Assembly (NCBI GenBank): GCA_965230295.1
Contig: OZ246001.1
Span: 896,001-960,000 of the forward strand
Direction: 5' to 3'
DNA from: Marinicella sp.
Lineage (GTDB): Bacteria > Pseudomonadota > Gammaproteobacteria > Xanthomonadales > Marinicellaceae
DNA: 64,000 bases
Part shown: piece by piece, positions 1 to 9,536 of the stretch
How positions within the stretch are numbered: position 1 is the stretch's first letter
How the letters are laid out: the number at the start of each line of letters is the position of its first letter
Made by a program: the position numbers and the translations under genes
The notes under the pieces: model-generated
The model's database searches: none
Told to the model about the DNA's origin: nothing
What the model saw: only the letters and a program-made list of their open reading frames with translations

Positions 1-781
1 CGAAGTCATAACCACCTATGATTTTGTCATTACAAGTGTATGCAGGGTCAAATTGATCCATATTAGTGGGATCACACACACCCAAGTAAAAACCAGATCC
101 CAAGGGATTGGTGTGGTCGTATGCATCGTCACCAACATCTGCAAAAGATGGGTGATCAAAGTTGGCACCTGAGTCTAAGACACCAATAACAACACCTTCA
201 CCAAAAGCCATACCACTGGCAGGTGCGGTACCTGTCCAAACGTTATCGGCACCAATCAATTGTGGGCCCTGGTCAGTACTCATGGAATACTCTCGATCCA
301 ACTCAACGTTTTTAATGCCACCTATTGACCTGATTTCTGCCGCTTCAGCAGCAGTCATTTCAATCACCACGCCGTTCAGCGCGTATTGATAGGTAAAAAT
401 TGAATCAACATCTCTTCCCAATGTTCCACTGACTGAGCTGAGGAAATTGGTTTGAACTTGTTTCAGGTGCTCTACGTATGCCACAGCAGCGGGGCTTTTA
501 GAAAGCAAACGGTTGCCTTCGCCACGAGGAATAGGAGCAAATTGGCCAACACCATTGTAGTTAGCTAAAGCTGCCTCTTCGAGCGTTATGATATACCTGC
601 GTTGGCCCAAAGCATTGGGTGCCGGGATAAATGATCCATTTTGATTAACTTCTTCTGTTAACGATGCACCAACAGAGACTGTATTTGCAGCCTGTACGAC
701 ATCTGTTTGTGATACTCCAGCCAAACAGACGGCTGACATCACTGAAGCAGTAATCAATGGATTTATTTTTGATTTAGACAT
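1..781 (-). CDS. S8 family (subtilase) serine peptidase, N-terminal part; truncated by the window edge
   Basis: Not in the ORF track; translated by hand from ATG at 781 with an AGGAGAGG RBS. MSKSKINPLITASVMSAVCLAG signal peptide, I9-like propeptide (RYIITLEE...YQYALNGVVIEMTAAEA), then the catalytic-Asp motif GEGVVIGVLDSG..FDHPSF and CNDKIIGGYDF. Confidence 0.9.
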   Translation of the reverse strand, partial: MSKSKINPLITASVMSAVCLAGVSQTDVVQAANTVSVGASLTEEVNQNGSFIPAPNALGQRRYIITLEEAALANYNGVGQFAPIPRGEGNRLLSKSPAAVAYVEHLKQVQTNFLSSVSGTLGRDVDSIFTYQYALNGVVIEMTAAEAAEIRSIGGIKNVELDREYSMSTDQGPQLIGADNVWTGTAPASGMAFGEGVVIGVLDSGANFDHPSFADVGDDAYDHTNPLGSGFYLGVCDPTNMDQFDPAYTCNDKIIGGYDF

Positions 782-1074
782 AAATTTGTCCTCTCCTTTT
801 TTTCATTGAATTAATTAAATATAAATATATTGTATAAATTACAAAGCCTAATGATTTGGGTGCCCCTTATAATCATGTTAATTACACACAATTCATTTAG
901 CCTAAGGATACTACACAAGCATAAGTTGAAAATCAAGCAAGATTGAAACCGATTTTAAGTTTAACGTTTAATGGGCGCATTTATCGTTAAATCAGCCAAA
1001 AGGGGACGCGCATTAATGGCGCATTCCAAGACATCAAGTGGGAGCCTAAATCAATCCCGTGATAGAATGCGCAA

Positions 1075-1644
1075 ATGAAAAAAATGTTGCTTATTTATTT
1101 CACCCTTTGGATACCGTTTTGTGGCATCGCCAATGACAATCAATCAGAAGATGAACACTTGTACGATGGTGTTGACTACCGCTGGTATTGGAACACCAAC
1201 ATTGGCATTGTGGTGCCTGATGATGATGTGCGTCTGAACGAAGCCCAAGTTTTGGATTTGAGGGTCGGCAAACACTTCAATGAAAACTGGGCGTTAGAAT
1301 TCGAAGTGATGCGAGATGAGTATGATTTTGACATTGATTTTGATCTCAAACACTATGCCGCAGGATTAAATGTGTTGTACACCAATCACGACCCGCTTTG
1401 GAAACCATACTTCTTGGTGGGGGTGGGTGGTATTTATTCAGACTCCCGATTTCCTGATACACAAGATTCAGACTTGATCGTTAACTTGGCCATTGGTGGT
1501 TCCTGGTACTTTACCGGCAATGGTGTTCGCATCAGGGCTGAAGCCAGATCGCGTTTGGACACCAATGATTCTGACTTACCAGGACAGGATGGTTTTGGCG
1601 ATGGCCAATTCACTATAGGCATCATCGTGCCAATTGGAGATTAA
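1075..1644 (+). CDS. Outer membrane beta-barrel protein (OmpA-like transmembrane domain)
   Basis: Signal peptide; amphipathic strands (NWALEFEV, WKPYFLVGVGG, LAIGGSWYF, IRAEAR, QFTIGIIVPI). Confidence 0.75.
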   Translation: MKKMLLIYFTLWIPFCGIANDNQSEDEHLYDGVDYRWYWNTNIGIVVPDDDVRLNEAQVLDLRVGKHFNENWALEFEVMRDEYDFDIDFDLKHYAAGLNVLYTNHDPLWKPYFLVGVGGIYSDSRFPDTQDSDLIVNLAIGGSWYFTGNGVRIRAEARSRLDTNDSDLPGQDGFGDGQFTIGIIVPIGD

Positions 1645-1650
1645 AAAACT

Positions 1651-2346
1651 TCAAAGGAATGGCAACACCCAACCGCTGCTTTTTTTGTAGGCTTGCCATT
1701 CCGGGTAACGAGACAAGCTTTGTTCTTTGGCAATCATATTAGGTACAAAAACCAACAACCACACCAGCGCCAATATCAAGGCTGCCAGCCAGTGCCAAGC
1801 CAATAGCGCAAAGGATCCATAGATCATCATCTCACCCAAATAATTTGGGTGGCGTATGTATTTGTACAGACCATCATTGATCAAACCGGCTTTATATTTT
1901 AAAATGTAATGTTTCTGGGCATCGGCAGCAATCATGATCACACAACCCAGTAAGCACATAAAAACGCACATCGAAAACCACCAAGCATCACTGAATGGGT
2001 AATCAGGCGTTTGGGGTTGTTTGATCAATAACCAAGCAATCACCCAATACCAAAAAAGCACCCCAAAGAATGCCATCAGGCCGGCTCCTATTGTGACCTT
2101 TTTCTGCCAATTGGCATCGGGAAAACTCAAATCTTTCAACAACCAAACAAAACCATAACCACCGTGTAGAGCCAAATACAAATAAGCCGCCATTGAATCA
2201 TTTTGGTAATAGACCATCATCAGAATGACCACCACAAAAGTGGTTGCTTTCTGGAAGTTGATGACCCAGGATAGTTTCCAGGGTTTGGGCCCACCTAAAA
2301 AATCAGTGGTTAAATGGTCAGCCAATTGTTTTAAAAATGTCATCAT
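1651..2346 (-). CDS. DUF1295 / steroid 5-alpha-reductase-like membrane protein
   Basis: Multiple TM helices; ADAQK and GLYKYIRHPNYLGEMMIY motifs. Confidence 0.85.
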   Translation of the reverse strand: MMTFLKQLADHLTTDFLGGPKPWKLSWVINFQKATTFVVVILMMVYYQNDSMAAYLYLALHGGYGFVWLLKDLSFPDANWQKKVTIGAGLMAFFGVLFWYWVIAWLLIKQPQTPDYPFSDAWWFSMCVFMCLLGCVIMIAADAQKHYILKYKAGLINDGLYKYIRHPNYLGEMMIYGSFALLAWHWLAALILALVWLLVFVPNMIAKEQSLSRYPEWQAYKKSSGWVLPFL

Positions 2347-2368
2347 ATTCGCTGCTCAGTTTAATGGC

Positions 2369-3478
2369 TCAATACAAAGATTTCAAAGACTCTGCTGTAT
2401 AGGGCAGCATAGAATCCCAATCATCGGCCTGCAGTTTTTGTACCCAATGAGGGTCTTGCAGTAAACACCGGCCCACGGCCACCAAATCATAGTGGCCCGC
2501 TGCCAATGCCTGTTCAATCATTTTGAATTGATCTGTGGCTATGTTTGAGTGGGTATTCATACCGCGTTTGGCTTCATCCACAAACCCGCCATCCAAACCC
2601 ACACTGCCCACTGTGATGGTGGGTTTCCCAGTGATTTTTTTGGTCCACCCAGCGAGGTTCAATTCTGAACCGGGAAACTCAGGCTCCCAAAAACGACGGG
2701 TTGAACAATGAAACACATCGACCCCTGCAGCAGCCAACGGGCTTAAGAAAGCATCCAGTTCTGTCGGGTTATGCGCCAGTTTTGCATGGTAATTCTGCAA
2801 CTTCCATTGTGAATAGCGCAACATGATTGGAAAATCAGTGCCAACAGCTGTGCGCATGGCGGTGATCATTTCCACTGCAAACCGGGTTCGCTCTCTGATT
2901 CCGCCAGCATACTTGTCGGTTCTTAAATTCGTTTTATCCCAAAAAAACTGATCCAACAAATAGCCGTGAGCACCGTGAATCTCCACCCCATCAAAGCCCA
3001 GCTGCTGGGCCTGCTCAGCGGCCAATACAAAAGCTTCAATGATCGCATCAACATCAGTTTGGGACATGGACTCACCATTCGGTTTGTTGGGTGACAACAA
3101 GCCAGAAGGGCTGTAAGCAGGCACCGAGTCATCAGGTTGCAGACAATCTTTCCTGACCCCGCCGACATGCCACAATTGGGGCATGATTTTACCACCCTCG
3201 GAATGGACCGCCTGAACCACTTTGTGCCAGCCGGCCAAAGCATCTTCACCATAAAAGAAAGGAACATCCGGATATCCATTGGCGGCTTGGTGCCCCACGC
3301 ATGTGCCTTCGGTGATGATCAGTCCCACATCATTGGCAGCTCGTCTTTGGTAATAATCAATGTTCTTTTGGTTGGGTACATGCCCTGGAGATGAGCTGCG
3401 AGTCATCGGAGCCATCACCACACGGTTTTTGAGTTTCAATGAGCCCAACTCAAACGGACTGAATATATGCTGCATCAT
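2369..3478 (-). CDS. NADH:flavin oxidoreductase, old yellow enzyme family
   Basis: LKNRVVMAPMTR, GLIITEG, QLWHVG, GFDGVEIHGAHGYLLDQF, NLRTDKYAG, DLVAVGR. Confidence 0.93.
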   Translation of the reverse strand: MMQHIFSPFELGSLKLKNRVVMAPMTRSSSPGHVPNQKNIDYYQRRAANDVGLIITEGTCVGHQAANGYPDVPFFYGEDALAGWHKVVQAVHSEGGKIMPQLWHVGGVRKDCLQPDDSVPAYSPSGLLSPNKPNGESMSQTDVDAIIEAFVLAAEQAQQLGFDGVEIHGAHGYLLDQFFWDKTNLRTDKYAGGIRERTRFAVEMITAMRTAVGTDFPIMLRYSQWKLQNYHAKLAHNPTELDAFLSPLAAAGVDVFHCSTRRFWEPEFPGSELNLAGWTKKITGKPTITVGSVGLDGGFVDEAKRGMNTHSNIATDQFKMIEQALAAGHYDLVAVGRCLLQDPHWVQKLQADDWDSMLPYTAESLKSLY

Positions 3479-4020
3479 GCTTTCAATTGTTGACTCAGCA
3501 GCTGCAGCGAATCCAATGCTTTATCAATAAAAGCCGTCGTTCTTTCATCAATCAAATCTCCCTGATCGTTGAATTTATCAGATGCCCGACCTATCATCAC
3601 TTCTGGCTTGTTTACCACAAAGGCATTCATAAAAACCAAAATTTGTCGCAAGTGGTATTGGCTCCGGGCGGTGCCCAGTCCAGGACTGGCACCCATGATG
3701 GACACCGCTTTACCATTAAACGCCTGGTTGTCCACTCTGGAAAACCAGTCTATGGCATTTTTCAACACGCCGGAAACGGAATAGTTGTATTCGGGAGAAG
3801 CCAAAACAATCGCATCAGCTCTTGCCAACAACTCATGTGCCTGCTGAACCACATCAGGTATACCTTGTGCATTGAGGTCTTGGTCATACAGCGGAAAGCC
3901 ACTGATGTCCACCTCAATGTATTCAATACCTTTGTTGTTTAAATGGGATGCCACTGCACGTAAGATGCCTTTGTGCATGGAGTGCTTTCTTAAACTGCCT
4001 GAAATACCTGCTATTTTCAT
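3475..4020 (-). CDS. NADPH-dependent FMN reductase (ChrR-like)
   Basis: ISGSLRKHS, SPEYNYSVSGVLKNAIDWFSR, GTARSQYHLRQ; overlaps the next gene's start. Confidence 0.93.
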   Translation of the reverse strand: MKIAGISGSLRKHSMHKGILRAVASHLNNKGIEYIEVDISGFPLYDQDLNAQGIPDVVQQAHELLARADAIVLASPEYNYSVSGVLKNAIDWFSRVDNQAFNGKAVSIMGASPGLGTARSQYHLRQILVFMNAFVVNKPEVMIGRASDKFNDQGDLIDERTTAFIDKALDSLQLLSQQLKA

Positions 4021-4322
4021 GTTGAAGGTGATGAAAATAATAAATTATAACGTCAGTGGGTGAAAATAGTGTAGTTACCTTTGAAGAACTGTTAGACAGT
4101 TCGACCAGCGCAGGTGATGTAAGAACCCCGTTAAAAACTTGAACCACATCACAAGCTTATATTAAGCAAACGTTAATTAAATAAGAATTAACTGTGTCTT
4201 AACATTAGATTCAAATTTCTTCCTCAATTCATTCACATTTGAACCTTAACTTTAACAGCGTGAGGACTTGGTACCAGGTTGAAGGTTCACAATCACTTTC
4301 TGAATGAACTAAGGAGAAAATA

Positions 4323-6026
4323 ATGAAAACAATGCATACTCTGATTGGCATCATGATGATGACAACAATCGCTCAAGCACAAAACCGACCACCCAACCAG
4401 GGTGGCCCAAACAACAACCCCAACGACAATGAAAATGTAGTATCCCCTGCCAGGCGGATAGAACGAGGTCCTCGGCCTCCACAGAACCAACCACCACTTG
4501 ATGACCGGTTTCGTTCCATCGATGGCAGTGGTAATCACCCAACCATTGACGACATGGGAAAAGCACACACCCAATTGGTCAGGCTGGTAGAAAATGGTTA
4601 TGCAGATGGCATAGCCGAATTGGCTGGCAATACAAGAAACAGTGCCAGGCTGATCAGCAATGCCGTCAGCGCCCAGACCGAATCGATGCCGAACAACAAA
4701 GGTGCCACTGATTTTGTGTGGCAATGGGGACAATTCCTTGATCATGACATTGATCTGACTGACGGTGTCGATCCTGCAGAACCTATTGACATCAGTGTGC
4801 CAGCGGGTGATGTCTATTTTGATCCGAACAACACAGGAACTGTGACCATTTCAATGAACCGCTCTATCTATGACACATCAACAGGCACAGCAACAGATAA
4901 TCCCAGGCAACAAATCAACGAAATCACAGCCTGGATTGATGCTTCCAATGTGTATGGCTCAGATTCTGAGCGTGCCAATGAACTGCGAACTTTAGATGGT
5001 ACAGGCCAATTGAAAACTTCAGCCGGCAACCTATTACCCTTCAATGTGAATGCTTTTCCTAATGCAGGAGGCGACAGCCCTAATCTGTTTCTGGCAGGTG
5101 ATGTCAGGGCCAATGAGCAAATCGGCTTAACGGTGATGCACACTTTATTTATGCGTGAACACAATTGGCATGCCAATCGCCTCAAAGCCGAGAACCCTGA
5201 TTGGTCAGGTGACAGAATTTATGAAGAAGCACGGGCCATCGTAGGGGCCGAAATGCAAGTGATCACTTACTATGAATACTTGCCCACTTTACTTGGGCGC
5301 AATGCGCTGCAACCTTATAGACGTTATAACGATCGCATTCATGCAGGTATTGCCAATTTATTTTCTGGAGCAGTGTTCCGTTATGGCCACAGCGCACTCA
5401 GTCCTCAACTGTTAAGAATCAATGCGCAAGGCAATGAAATTACAGCTGGACATTTGCCATTAAGAAATGCGTTCTTTTCACCTTATCGCTTAGCCACTGA
5501 AGGCGGCATTGAACCCCTATTAAGGGGGCTGGCCACACAAGTGTGCCAGCAAGTCGATAATTTCATCATCGATGATGTCCGTAACTTTCTATTTGGCGCA
5601 CCTGGTTCAGGTGGTTTCGATTTGGCTTCATTGAATATTCAACGAGGCAGGGATCATGGCTTGCCAGCCTACAATGATGTGCGAGAAGCTTATGGCTTAG
5701 AGCGCAAACAATCATTTGCAGACGTGACTTCAGATCCTGAGAAACAAGCTGCATTGGCATCGGTGTATAAATCAGTGGATGACATTGATTTGTGGGTAGG
5801 CGGATTGTCAGAAGACCTTGTTCGTGGTGCACTGGTGGGCGAATTGATCCAAACAGTATTGGTTGAACAGTTCACAGCTTTGAGAGATGGTGACCGGTTT
5901 TATTTTGAGAACCAAATGGATCGAAGACAAGCAGATCGGATCAGAAGCACACGATTATCAGACATCATCAGGCGCAATTCAGATATTGGATCTGAAATTC
6001 AAAACAATGTCTTTAGAATTGAGTGA
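4323..6026 (+). CDS. Secreted animal-type heme peroxidase (peroxidase-cyclooxygenase superfamily)
   Basis: Signal peptide; RSIDGSGN, WGQFLDHD (distal His), ITAWIDASNVYG (Ca loop), GDVRANEQ, FRYGHS (proximal His), NIQRGRDHG, LRDGDRFYFE; AAGGAG RBS. Confidence 0.95.
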   Translation: MKTMHTLIGIMMMTTIAQAQNRPPNQGGPNNNPNDNENVVSPARRIERGPRPPQNQPPLDDRFRSIDGSGNHPTIDDMGKAHTQLVRLVENGYADGIAELAGNTRNSARLISNAVSAQTESMPNNKGATDFVWQWGQFLDHDIDLTDGVDPAEPIDISVPAGDVYFDPNNTGTVTISMNRSIYDTSTGTATDNPRQQINEITAWIDASNVYGSDSERANELRTLDGTGQLKTSAGNLLPFNVNAFPNAGGDSPNLFLAGDVRANEQIGLTVMHTLFMREHNWHANRLKAENPDWSGDRIYEEARAIVGAEMQVITYYEYLPTLLGRNALQPYRRYNDRIHAGIANLFSGAVFRYGHSALSPQLLRINAQGNEITAGHLPLRNAFFSPYRLATEGGIEPLLRGLATQVCQQVDNFIIDDVRNFLFGAPGSGGFDLASLNIQRGRDHGLPAYNDVREAYGLERKQSFADVTSDPEKQAALASVYKSVDDIDLWVGGLSEDLVRGALVGELIQTVLVEQFTALRDGDRFYFENQMDRRQADRIRSTRLSDIIRRNSDIGSEIQNNVFRIE

Positions 6027-6191
6027 ACTTGATAAAACCCGCCAAAAACCAGGCGTACTTCGGTACAAAAATGGCTGTTTGGTCCAGAGAAGCCAATACA
6101 TATAAGATGATACAAAGGAAAGCTGCTGAGCAGCTTTCCTTTGTATTGGGTCCATGAATTTTTCCCTTAATGTAACCACTACAGTCCGGGT

Positions 6192-7784
6192 CTATTCAAA
6201 ACCATGGATAAAAATTTCATCCACCTGTGTCAATGTCAGAAATTGGTCCGCCAACACGTTTTGATATTTGTTGACTGTTCCGTCAGGCCAAGTCACTTTC
6301 AATAAATCAATGACATTGGCAGACCCAAGACCAAAATGTTGGGTAGTTGGTTCAGTAGATAAATAATTATTCCCCAGACTCACTGATCTGGTTAAGGTGG
6401 TGTTGCCATTGATGGTTGCTTCTATTTTCGCACCAACTGCATCAATATTATCTATACCACCTTGCAATTTGACCATTAAATAATGATTGGTTGTGACGAT
6501 GTTGTTTTGATAAAAAGCAGACATCTGATCATTGTTATTAATCAATATATCAATTTTTCCATCCCGGTTCTGATCGAAACACAACACCGCCCTGCCCATG
6601 CCATCATCATCCACATTGTATTCTTGGGCACGGTCAACAAAAGTGCCATTTCCGGCATTGATAAACAATCTGGCTCTGTCAGTGATGAAATCAGGGTCTG
6701 GGTAACCATTGACATGGTAAATATCCAATAGACCATCGTTGTTAAAATCAGCAAAACAACTGCCCCAACCCCAGCCACCATCTCGAACCCCGGCAGACTC
6801 GCTGATGTCAGTGAAGTTGCCATGACCATCGTTTTGGTACAAGCGATTGCCTGTCCTACCACCGGGATCTAAATATATAGATGTCACAAACCAATCCATA
6901 TCACCGTCATTATCAAAATCACCCACAGAAGCGCCCATGCCATGTTCATCGGTTAACACCGATGGATCTTGAGTGATCATAGACTGACCAGTACTCTTGT
7001 AGTAATTAGAATATCCATAGTCACTGGCCACCATCATGTCAATATTTTGATCGTTGTTGAGGTGGTTAAAACTGATGGTAAAAGAAAATGGGTTCACAAC
7101 AGTCAGCCATTGGTTGGTGACATCACTGAAAACGCCCGCACCATTATTTTCCCACAACAATTGATCATCAGTATAACCCCAATGAGAAATGGCCAAATCA
7201 AGATCACCGTCACCATCAAAATCAGCAGCAGACGTGCTGTAATTGTCTGTATGAGGCAAGCCTGAACCCGCTGATATGTCTACAAAGCCAGTGTTTGCAT
7301 TGTTCTTATATAACCGCACCCAACCTGTGTTAACCAACCCCTCAGGGCTCACACCTCCGATGATCAAGTCCCTCAACCCGTCACCGTCAATGTCAGCAAT
7401 CAGTGGACCTGATGAATACATGTCTTGAGGATTTAAATTGAATGCCACGGCTTGATCGACAAAATTACCTTGACCGTCTGAAATCAACAGCTTGTTAGGC
7501 GTTAAATTAACCCCGTTGACATCAACCAAAGCACCTGTACTGACAAATATGTCTTCCCATTGATCACCATTGACATCACCAATGGCCATTCCACCCCCCA
7601 AAACTATAGGCAAATTCCCGAAATGAGCTGGTGTATTTCTGTGTTGATAACTCAAGCCGACCTCCACAGATTTCTCAATAAAACCAGTACCGCCAGCCAC
7701 TGCCATGCCAGGCTCGGCAACCATCAATAATAAGATTAAATATTTTTTAAATTTTCCCACGATAAGTTGGCCCACATGTAACAC
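6192..7784 (-). CDS. CRTAC1-like FG-GAP/VCBS repeat protein with C-terminal ASPIC/UnbV domain
   Basis: Repeated DxNGDxxxD/DFDNDGDxD motifs, GWGWGSCFADFNNDG, NIDAVGAKI...QHFGLG...VTWPDG. Start codon uncertain. Confidence 0.9.
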   Translation of the reverse strand: MLHVGQLIVGKFKKYLILLLMVAEPGMAVAGGTGFIEKSVEVGLSYQHRNTPAHFGNLPIVLGGGMAIGDVNGDQWEDIFVSTGALVDVNGVNLTPNKLLISDGQGNFVDQAVAFNLNPQDMYSSGPLIADIDGDGLRDLIIGGVSPEGLVNTGWVRLYKNNANTGFVDISAGSGLPHTDNYSTSAADFDGDGDLDLAISHWGYTDDQLLWENNGAGVFSDVTNQWLTVVNPFSFTISFNHLNNDQNIDMMVASDYGYSNYYKSTGQSMITQDPSVLTDEHGMGASVGDFDNDGDMDWFVTSIYLDPGGRTGNRLYQNDGHGNFTDISESAGVRDGGWGWGSCFADFNNDGLLDIYHVNGYPDPDFITDRARLFINAGNGTFVDRAQEYNVDDDGMGRAVLCFDQNRDGKIDILINNNDQMSAFYQNNIVTTNHYLMVKLQGGIDNIDAVGAKIEATINGNTTLTRSVSLGNNYLSTEPTTQHFGLGSANVIDLLKVTWPDGTVNKYQNVLADQFLTLTQVDEIFIHGFE

Positions 7785-7855
7785 ACACCTATAGATTCTA
7801 GCGCAATTGAGTTTGAAATTTAATCCACAACAACAGGTTTTTATGGTATTGAAAG

Positions 7856-7885
7856 AAAAAAGGCACCCAACGGGCGCCCTTTTTC
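7856..7885 (-). terminator. Rho-independent terminator after 7914..8396
   Basis: Minus strand GGCGCCC-GTT-GGGTGCC followed by T6; A/T tracts on both sides, so possibly bidirectional. Confidence 0.7.
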
Positions 7886-7913
7886 AGAGCTTGTCATTTT
7901 TTGACAATAATAA

Positions 7914-8396
7914 TCACCTGCGGGTCAGCCAAAAAACACGGCGCAATAATTTGCCCACATTATCTGGCAAATCAGCTGCATCGAATGCTTCGCCATTGAC
8001 CTCTACTGTACCTGACATTTCAACACCTGAATCGCTGGCTTGAATCAGCAAACCACTGAAAGACACATCCCATAAACCTTCCTTCGACTCTAATGTAAAC
8101 GCACCATCAGAAGTGGTTGTTAATTGCCCGTTACCACGACTGGTGTCTTTGGAAATCACACCATTGATGGTGGCTTCATTTTCACCAGAGCCTGGATGAA
8201 ATTGATTGAACTCAGTTAATGAAGCACCACTGAATTGCATGTCATCCAAACGACCGTTTTTTGACACTGTATATGAACCAGATAAATCATCCACCACTGT
8301 GGTCATGCGCGTGATGTCGAAACCTGCCATTGAAGCCGTGGCAAGGAACAAACTGGAACAGATGACCAGTGTGCTTTTTATAGTATTTAATTTCAT
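7914..8396 (-). CDS. Hypothetical exported beta-rich protein
   Basis: Sec signal (..SSLFLATASMA), CAGGAG RBS, own terminator; no family recognised. Confidence 0.75.
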   Translation of the reverse strand: MKLNTIKSTLVICSSLFLATASMAGFDITRMTTVVDDLSGSYTVSKNGRLDDMQFSGASLTEFNQFHPGSGENEATINGVISKDTSRGNGQLTTTSDGAFTLESKEGLWDVSFSGLLIQASDSGVEMSGTVEVNGEAFDAADLPDNVGKLLRRVFWLTRR

Positions 8397-8471
8397 TATA
8401 TTCTCCTGGATTGTTGATTAAATTGATAACAGATATGTAATTTCACTGCAGTCTCCTGCAGGTATCCATTC

Positions 8472-8499
8472 CAACGAGCCAACTTTGGTGAGGTTGACA
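8472..8499 (-). promoter_or_regulatory. Putative ECF-sigma promoter TGTCAACC-N15-CGTTG for 7914..8396
   Basis: Identical -35/-10 boxes and spacing to the opposite-strand motif at 8531-8558; fits the general ECF AAC...CGT pattern. Confidence 0.7.
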
Positions 8500-8530
8500 A
8501 AGAATTAAAATTTTTATTTTCATTGTATGC

Positions 8531-8558
8531 TGTCAACCACCCTGGCCATGATCCGTTG
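8531..8558 (+). promoter_or_regulatory. Putative autoregulatory ECF-sigma promoter TGTCAACC-N15-CGTTG
   Basis: Directly upstream of the ECF sigma gene; mirrored copy at 8472-8499. Confidence 0.7.
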
Positions 8559-8659
8559 TATGATTAACTGAACAACAATTACTGAACATGACAGCCACTG
8601 CCAATATATGCTTATACAATGAATACCAAGGTACTGAGCTCAAGCAAAACACCACAAAC

Positions 8660-9190
8660 ATGGAAACCAGAACCCTGAACCAATTGTTGGACGTGTTCTT
8701 GCGAGAACAACAGAAACAGGCCTATGCCATTGCTTTGGTCAGTGTGCAGCAAGAATCAGATGCTTTGGATGTGATCCAGGATGCGATGATGGCTTTTGTT
8801 AAAAGTTACAGCCATAAACCTCAAGACAGCTGGCGGCCATTGTTTTATCGCATCTTGCAAAATAAGATCAATGACCATCATCGGCGGCAAAAAAGTTGGT
8901 TGCAAAATTTTTTCAGCCATCAGGACAAAGACGATCTGGCAGCAGAACAAGCCAGTGAAGCCCCAAGTCCGTTGGCTGTGCTAAACACCCTTGAACAAGG
9001 CAACGAAATGATTAATATCATCAAAAACTTACCCAGTAAACAACAACAGGTGGTTATGTACAGGCATTGGCAACAAATGACTGTTAATGAAACTGCAGAA
9101 GTGATGCAAATCAGTACGGGCAGTGTTAAAACCCATTTATTTAGAGCCACCCAAAAAATCAAATCAATGATTGGAGATGCGGATGAATAA
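8660..9190 (+). CDS. ECF-type RNA polymerase sigma-70 factor
   Basis: Region 2 DALDVIQDAM...LFYRILQNKINDHHRR; region 4 LPSKQQQV...ETAEVMQISTGSVKTHLFRA. The ORF could start at 8588. Confidence 0.93.
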   Translation: METRTLNQLLDVFLREQQKQAYAIALVSVQQESDALDVIQDAMMAFVKSYSHKPQDSWRPLFYRILQNKINDHHRRQKSWLQNFFSHQDKDDLAAEQASEAPSPLAVLNTLEQGNEMINIIKNLPSKQQQVVMYRHWQQMTVNETAEVMQISTGSVKTHLFRATQKIKSMIGDADE

Positions 9191-9536
9191 AGAACCGATA
9201 GAAGATCAAATCAAACAATCCATGGATGCCCTCACTGATGCCATAGATGTGAGTACCCAAGTCAAACTCAACGAAGCCAGACATGCTGCCTTGAATCAAC
9301 CCGAAAGCCGTTTCATGAAAACCTTCACATGGTCGTTGGCTGGCATGGCCGCTGCGGTACTTTTGACATTCGCCTTGGTGGTTAATGGCCCTGATCAATT
9401 ACCCGTTAATGGCCCAGATGTGCAGTTATTTGAAGACTTGGAATTGCTCACCAATGAGGCAGATACTGAATTTTACCAAGACCTGGAATTCTTGACCTGG
9501 CTGGATGAAGGCAATTGGCAGGAATCGGACATATGA
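9183..9536 (+). CDS. Putative anti-sigma factor (DUF3619-like, one TM)
   Basis: KLNEARHAAL, single TM helix, acidic C-terminus EDLELL...EFYQDLEFLTWL; overlaps the sigma gene's stop. Confidence 0.7.
   Translation: MNKEPIEDQIKQSMDALTDAIDVSTQVKLNEARHAALNQPESRFMKTFTWSLAGMAAAVLLTFALVVNGPDQLPVNGPDVQLFEDLELLTNEADTEFYQDLEFLTWLDEGNWQESDI

Noticed and set aside
162-389. 75-aa plus-strand ORF
   Set aside because: Antisense to the S8 peptidase that runs off the window edge.
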